From: a bacterium | GTDB lineage: Bacteria > Patescibacteriota > Minisyncoccia > Moranbacterales > UBA2206 | Length of the DNA: 36,056 nucleotides | Direction of reading: 5' to 3' | Assembly: GCA_021779205.1 (NCBI GenBank) | Contig: JAJYBE010000002.1 | Coordinates: 1 to 36,056 of the forward strand | Shown: positions 33,167-36,056 of the stretch, one piece after another | How the letters are laid out: each line of letters opens with the position of its first letter | How positions within the stretch are numbered: the stretch's first letter is position 1 | The notes under the pieces: model-generated | Told to the model about the DNA's origin: nothing | What the model saw: only the letters and a program-made list of their open reading frames with translations | Databases searched by the model: none | Made by a program: the position numbers and the translations under genes

Positions 33167-35197
33167 ATGTTTAATTTCAGTTTTGTTCAAATGAATTTTT
33201 TTATGGCATTAGCGCTATTGTTTATTGGCGCATTCGGCTCATTATTAATGAGAAGAAATGATGTGTTAGCAAATTGGTGGAGTGGTGTAATGGCAATTTT
33301 TGCGGCTTGTTTTGGTTTGGTAGTGGCTATTTCGGTGCTATTCTTTGGAATGACTGCTAATTTTAGCGCCAATTCTACATTGCCGCTTTTGACTTTTTCT
33401 TTGAGAATTGACCCTCTTTCCGCCTTTTTTATTTTTATTATTTCATTGATTACAATCTTGGCGTCAGTTTATGGAATTGATTATGTAAGGCATTATTACG
33501 GAAAGTATAGCATCGGAACATTGGGATTTTTTTATAATTTATTTATTGCCGGAATGCTTCTTGTTGTAAGTGCTAACAATGCTTTATTTTTTTTGATTGC
33601 TTGGGAAATTATGTCTTGTGCTTCTTATTTTTTGGTTATTTTTGAAAACAAGGAGGTTGACAATGTGCGCGCCGGATCGCTTTATTTTATTATGACGCAT
33701 ATTGGCACAGCTTTTATCATGCTGGCATTTTTATTGCTTTATTCAGTTAGTGGTTCTTTTGATTTTACGATAATAAAAGAAAATTTAGTAACGATTTCAC
33801 CCGTAATGAAAAATATTATTTTTTTATTGATGCTGATCGGATTTGGTACTAAAGCAGGAATCATTCCCTTGCATATCTGGCTTCCTCGTGCCCATCCGGC
33901 TGCTCCGAGTCATGTCAGTGCTTTAATGTCCGGAGTCATGATTAAGACTGGAATTTATATGTTTATTCGTATTTTTATTGATACTTTGCCTGGCGTTCCA
34001 TTGTGGTGGGGCGAGTTGGTCTTGTTGATTGGCGCTATCTCTGCATTGGCGGGCGTCCTGTATGCGCTTACTGAACATGATATTAAAAGGCTTTTGGCAT
34101 ACCATAGTATTGAAAATATCGGAATCATTCTTTTGGGAGTGGGAAGTTCTTTGATTTTTTTAGCGCTTAACCTTAAGGAATTAGCGATATTAGCTTTAGC
34201 GGCGGCACTTTTCCATACACTGAATCATGCAATTTTTAAATCCCTACTTTTTATGGGTGCCGGTTCGGTTATTTCAAAAATGCATACTCGCAACATGGAA
34301 GAATATGGCGGCATAATTAAATATATGCCACAAACCGCCCTTTTCTTTTTAATTGGGTCATTAGCCATTTCCGCCTTACCTCCATTTAATGGATTTTTTA
34401 GCGAGTGGATGACATATCAATCTTTATTTTCCGGTATTGCTAATTTAAACAGTTCAGCTCAATGGATATTTATTTTGGCGGCTGGTTCGTTGGCTTTTAC
34501 TGGCGGATTGGCGGCGGCTTGTTTTGTTAAAGCTTTTGGAGCGATATTTTTGGCTCGTCCGCGCAATAAAAAGGTTGAACAAATAAAAGAATCCGGTGTG
34601 ATGTCGCGCATTGGCATGGGCATGTTGGCGATTTTTACTTTGATTTTTGGAGTTTTTGCCTATCCGATTTCAAGAACTATTTTAAACATTGCCGGTAGCT
34701 TGAATGTTTTTGACGCAAAAAAAATTGAAAACAGTTCAATTATTCAAAGAAAATTGGAAATCATTTCAATGCCGGTAATTTTTATAAGTATTGCGTGCGT
34801 GCTAATTTTGGTAATCGTTTTAATTTCTGCGTTAACGAAAAAAAGAAAAGTGCAAACTGGTTGCACATGGGATTGTGGGACTGAGCTTACTCCAAGAATG
34901 GAAATTACAGCAACCGGTTTTTCTCGCTCAATAGTGGTTATTTTTCGAGGAATTTTGCGTCCGACAAAGCAAAATACGATTGAATATCGTGATGCCGATA
35001 TGCGTTATTTTGCCAAGAAAAATCTAGTTAAATTGGAAGTTGAAGATTTTTGGGGAACACGCGTGTATTATCCGGCGCAAGCCTTGGTAACAAAAATATC
35101 TAATCGAGTTAAATTATTACAAAGTGGAAATATCAATACCTATATTTTATATATTTTTTTGACATTGTTATTATTGTTATTATTTTTAGTAATTTGA
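33167..35197 (+). CDS. HyfB/HycC-like (NuoL/M/N antiporter-family) membrane subunit
   Basis: Polytopic. Proton-antiporter-family core (LFFLIAWEIMSCASYFLV, GTKAGIIPLHIWLPRAHPAAPSHVSALMSGVMIKTGIY, LAYHSIENIGIILLG, HTLNHAIFKSLLFMGAG) plus a HyfB-type C-terminal extension (CTWDCGTELTPRMEITATGFS). The start is ambiguous: 33152 (TTG), 33167, 33191 or 33203. Confidence 0.85.
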   Translation: MFNFSFVQMNFFMALALLFIGAFGSLLMRRNDVLANWWSGVMAIFAACFGLVVAISVLFFGMTANFSANSTLPLLTFSLRIDPLSAFFIFIISLITILASVYGIDYVRHYYGKYSIGTLGFFYNLFIAGMLLVVSANNALFFLIAWEIMSCASYFLVIFENKEVDNVRAGSLYFIMTHIGTAFIMLAFLLLYSVSGSFDFTIIKENLVTISPVMKNIIFLLMLIGFGTKAGIIPLHIWLPRAHPAAPSHVSALMSGVMIKTGIYMFIRIFIDTLPGVPLWWGELVLLIGAISALAGVLYALTEHDIKRLLAYHSIENIGIILLGVGSSLIFLALNLKELAILALAAALFHTLNHAIFKSLLFMGAGSVISKMHTRNMEEYGGIIKYMPQTALFFLIGSLAISALPPFNGFFSEWMTYQSLFSGIANLNSSAQWIFILAAGSLAFTGGLAAACFVKAFGAIFLARPRNKKVEQIKESGVMSRIGMGMLAIFTLIFGVFAYPISRTILNIAGSLNVFDAKKIENSSIIQRKLEIISMPVIFISIACVLILVIVLISALTKKRKVQTGCTWDCGTELTPRMEITATGFSRSIVVIFRGILRPTKQNTIEYRDADMRYFAKKNLVKLEVEDFWGTRVYYPAQALVTKISNRVKLLQSGNINTYILYIFLTLLLLLLFLVI

Positions 35198-35198
35198 T

Positions 35199-36056
35199 AT
35201 GAATATTTTGACAATTATTATTTGGACAATTCAATTGATTTTAATTCCGGTTGCTTCGCCACTGTTTATCGGATTGGTGCGAAAAATTAAAGCGCGCTTG
35301 CAAAACAGGGTTGGCGCAAGTATTTTTCAACCTTATTTTGATCTTTGGAAATTATTTCATAAAGATGAAATTATCAGCACTGATGCTTCTCGGATTTTTC
35401 GTTTTGCGCCATATCTAATTTTTTCTATCACATTGATTATTGGAGCCAGTATTCCGCTTTTCAGCACGGTATTTTCAAATAATAGCATGAGTGATTTTTT
35501 GGTTATTGTATATTTAGTGGCATTAAGCACATTTTTTTTGGCGCTTGCAGGAATGGATGTCGGTAGTGGATTCGGTGGGTTTGGCGCAAGTCGTGAAATG
35601 ACGGTTTCCGCATTAACTGAAGGTGGCTTGATTCTTTCTATTTTGGCAGTAACTTTTATTGCTCACTCAACTAATCTTTTCACTATTTCCGGATTTATTT
35701 CGCAAATGTCTTTATTTTCGTTTGCTCCGATTTTTTTGGCTTTCTCCGCTTTTGTGATTGCAATGCTTGCGGAAGCCGGTCGCTTTCCTTTTGATAATCC
35801 TGCCACGCACTTGGAATTAACAATGATTCATGAAGCGATGATTTTGGAATATTCCGGCAAGCGCCTCGCATTAATTGAGTGGTCTGCTGCCAATAAGTTT
35901 TTAATTTTTTTGGCATTGGGGGTCAATTTATTTTTTCCATGGGGAATTTCCAGAACATTTGATTTGCAAAGTAGCATATTCGCGCTGGTAATATTTTTTA
36001 TAAAAATCTACGTGATGAGTTTGGCTGTGTCTGTTTTAGAATCAACAATTACTAAA
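35199..36056 (+). CDS. HycD/HyfC-like (NuoH-family) membrane subunit, 3'-partial
   Basis: Absent from the ORF track because it has no stop in the window. I translated it by hand from the ATG at 35199: MNILTIIIWTIQLILIPVASPLFIGLVRKIKARLQNRVGASIFQPYFDLWKLF...AEAGRFPFDNPATHLELTMIHEAMILEYSGKRLALIEW. The frame stays open to the window end (286 codons). Confidence 0.8.
   Translation, partial: MNILTIIIWTIQLILIPVASPLFIGLVRKIKARLQNRVGASIFQPYFDLWKLFHKDEIISTDASRIFRFAPYLIFSITLIIGASIPLFSTVFSNNSMSDFLVIVYLVALSTFFLALAGMDVGSGFGGFGASREMTVSALTEGGLILSILAVTFIAHSTNLFTISGFISQMSLFSFAPIFLAFSAFVIAMLAEAGRFPFDNPATHLELTMIHEAMILEYSGKRLALIEWSAANKFLIFLALGVNLFFPWGISRTFDLQSSIFALVIFFIKIYVMSLAVSVLESTITK

Noticed and set aside
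1-36056. Search of the whole window for CRISPR arrays, tRNA/rRNA genes, transposases or integrases, and attachment-site direct repeats flanking the 20.25-23.7 kb block.
   Set aside because: By eye I found no regularly spaced repeats, no cloverleaf-capable intergenic sequence (the gaps are short and AT-rich), no recombinase-like ORF, and no matching direct repeats at the block boundaries (20247-20353 versus 23571-23745). A computational repeat search could still find short att sites.

Overview
Compact, low-GC and mostly Shine-Dalgarno-poor bacterial chromosome segment. The gene content and style fit a small-genome anaerobe, possibly a Patescibacteria/CPR-type organism; that placement is inference only. 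Nearly all of the window is coding. Left third (+ strand): a 5'-truncated Cys-rich secreted protein, a Nudix hydrolase, secD-secF, a YdjC-like protein, yidD, obg and groES. A minus-strand block follows: rhodanese-like protein, fmt, def, priA. The rest is + strand: a prepilin peptidase followed by two tandem four-gene minor-pilin modules; a surface-glycan locus (Wzz-like, O-antigen-ligase-like, GT4, radical SAM/SPASM); rplY/ctc; an nrdR-nrdD-nrdG operon with an NrdR box; a DUF167 protein; and the start of a membrane-bound group-4-hydrogenase-like operon. I found no rRNA, tRNA, CRISPR array, transposase or integrase. TGA is used as a stop codon, so the standard code 11 applies. Items most worth a second look: (1) a 3.4-kb block (about 20.25-23.7 kb) that splits the glycan locus, is richer in GC, and carries three secreted-protein genes that all have strong AGGAGG ribosome sites; one of them combines a LysM domain with a beta-barrel-like region; (2) the duplicated minor-pilin modules, one ending in a PilX-like protein with a roughly 525-aa Cys-rich extension that is paralogous to the truncated ORF at the window start; (3) SecD carrying an embedded parvulin PPIase domain that looks circularly permuted; (4) a NuoB/HycG-like subunit in which the FeS-ligand cysteines are replaced by Asp/Ala.
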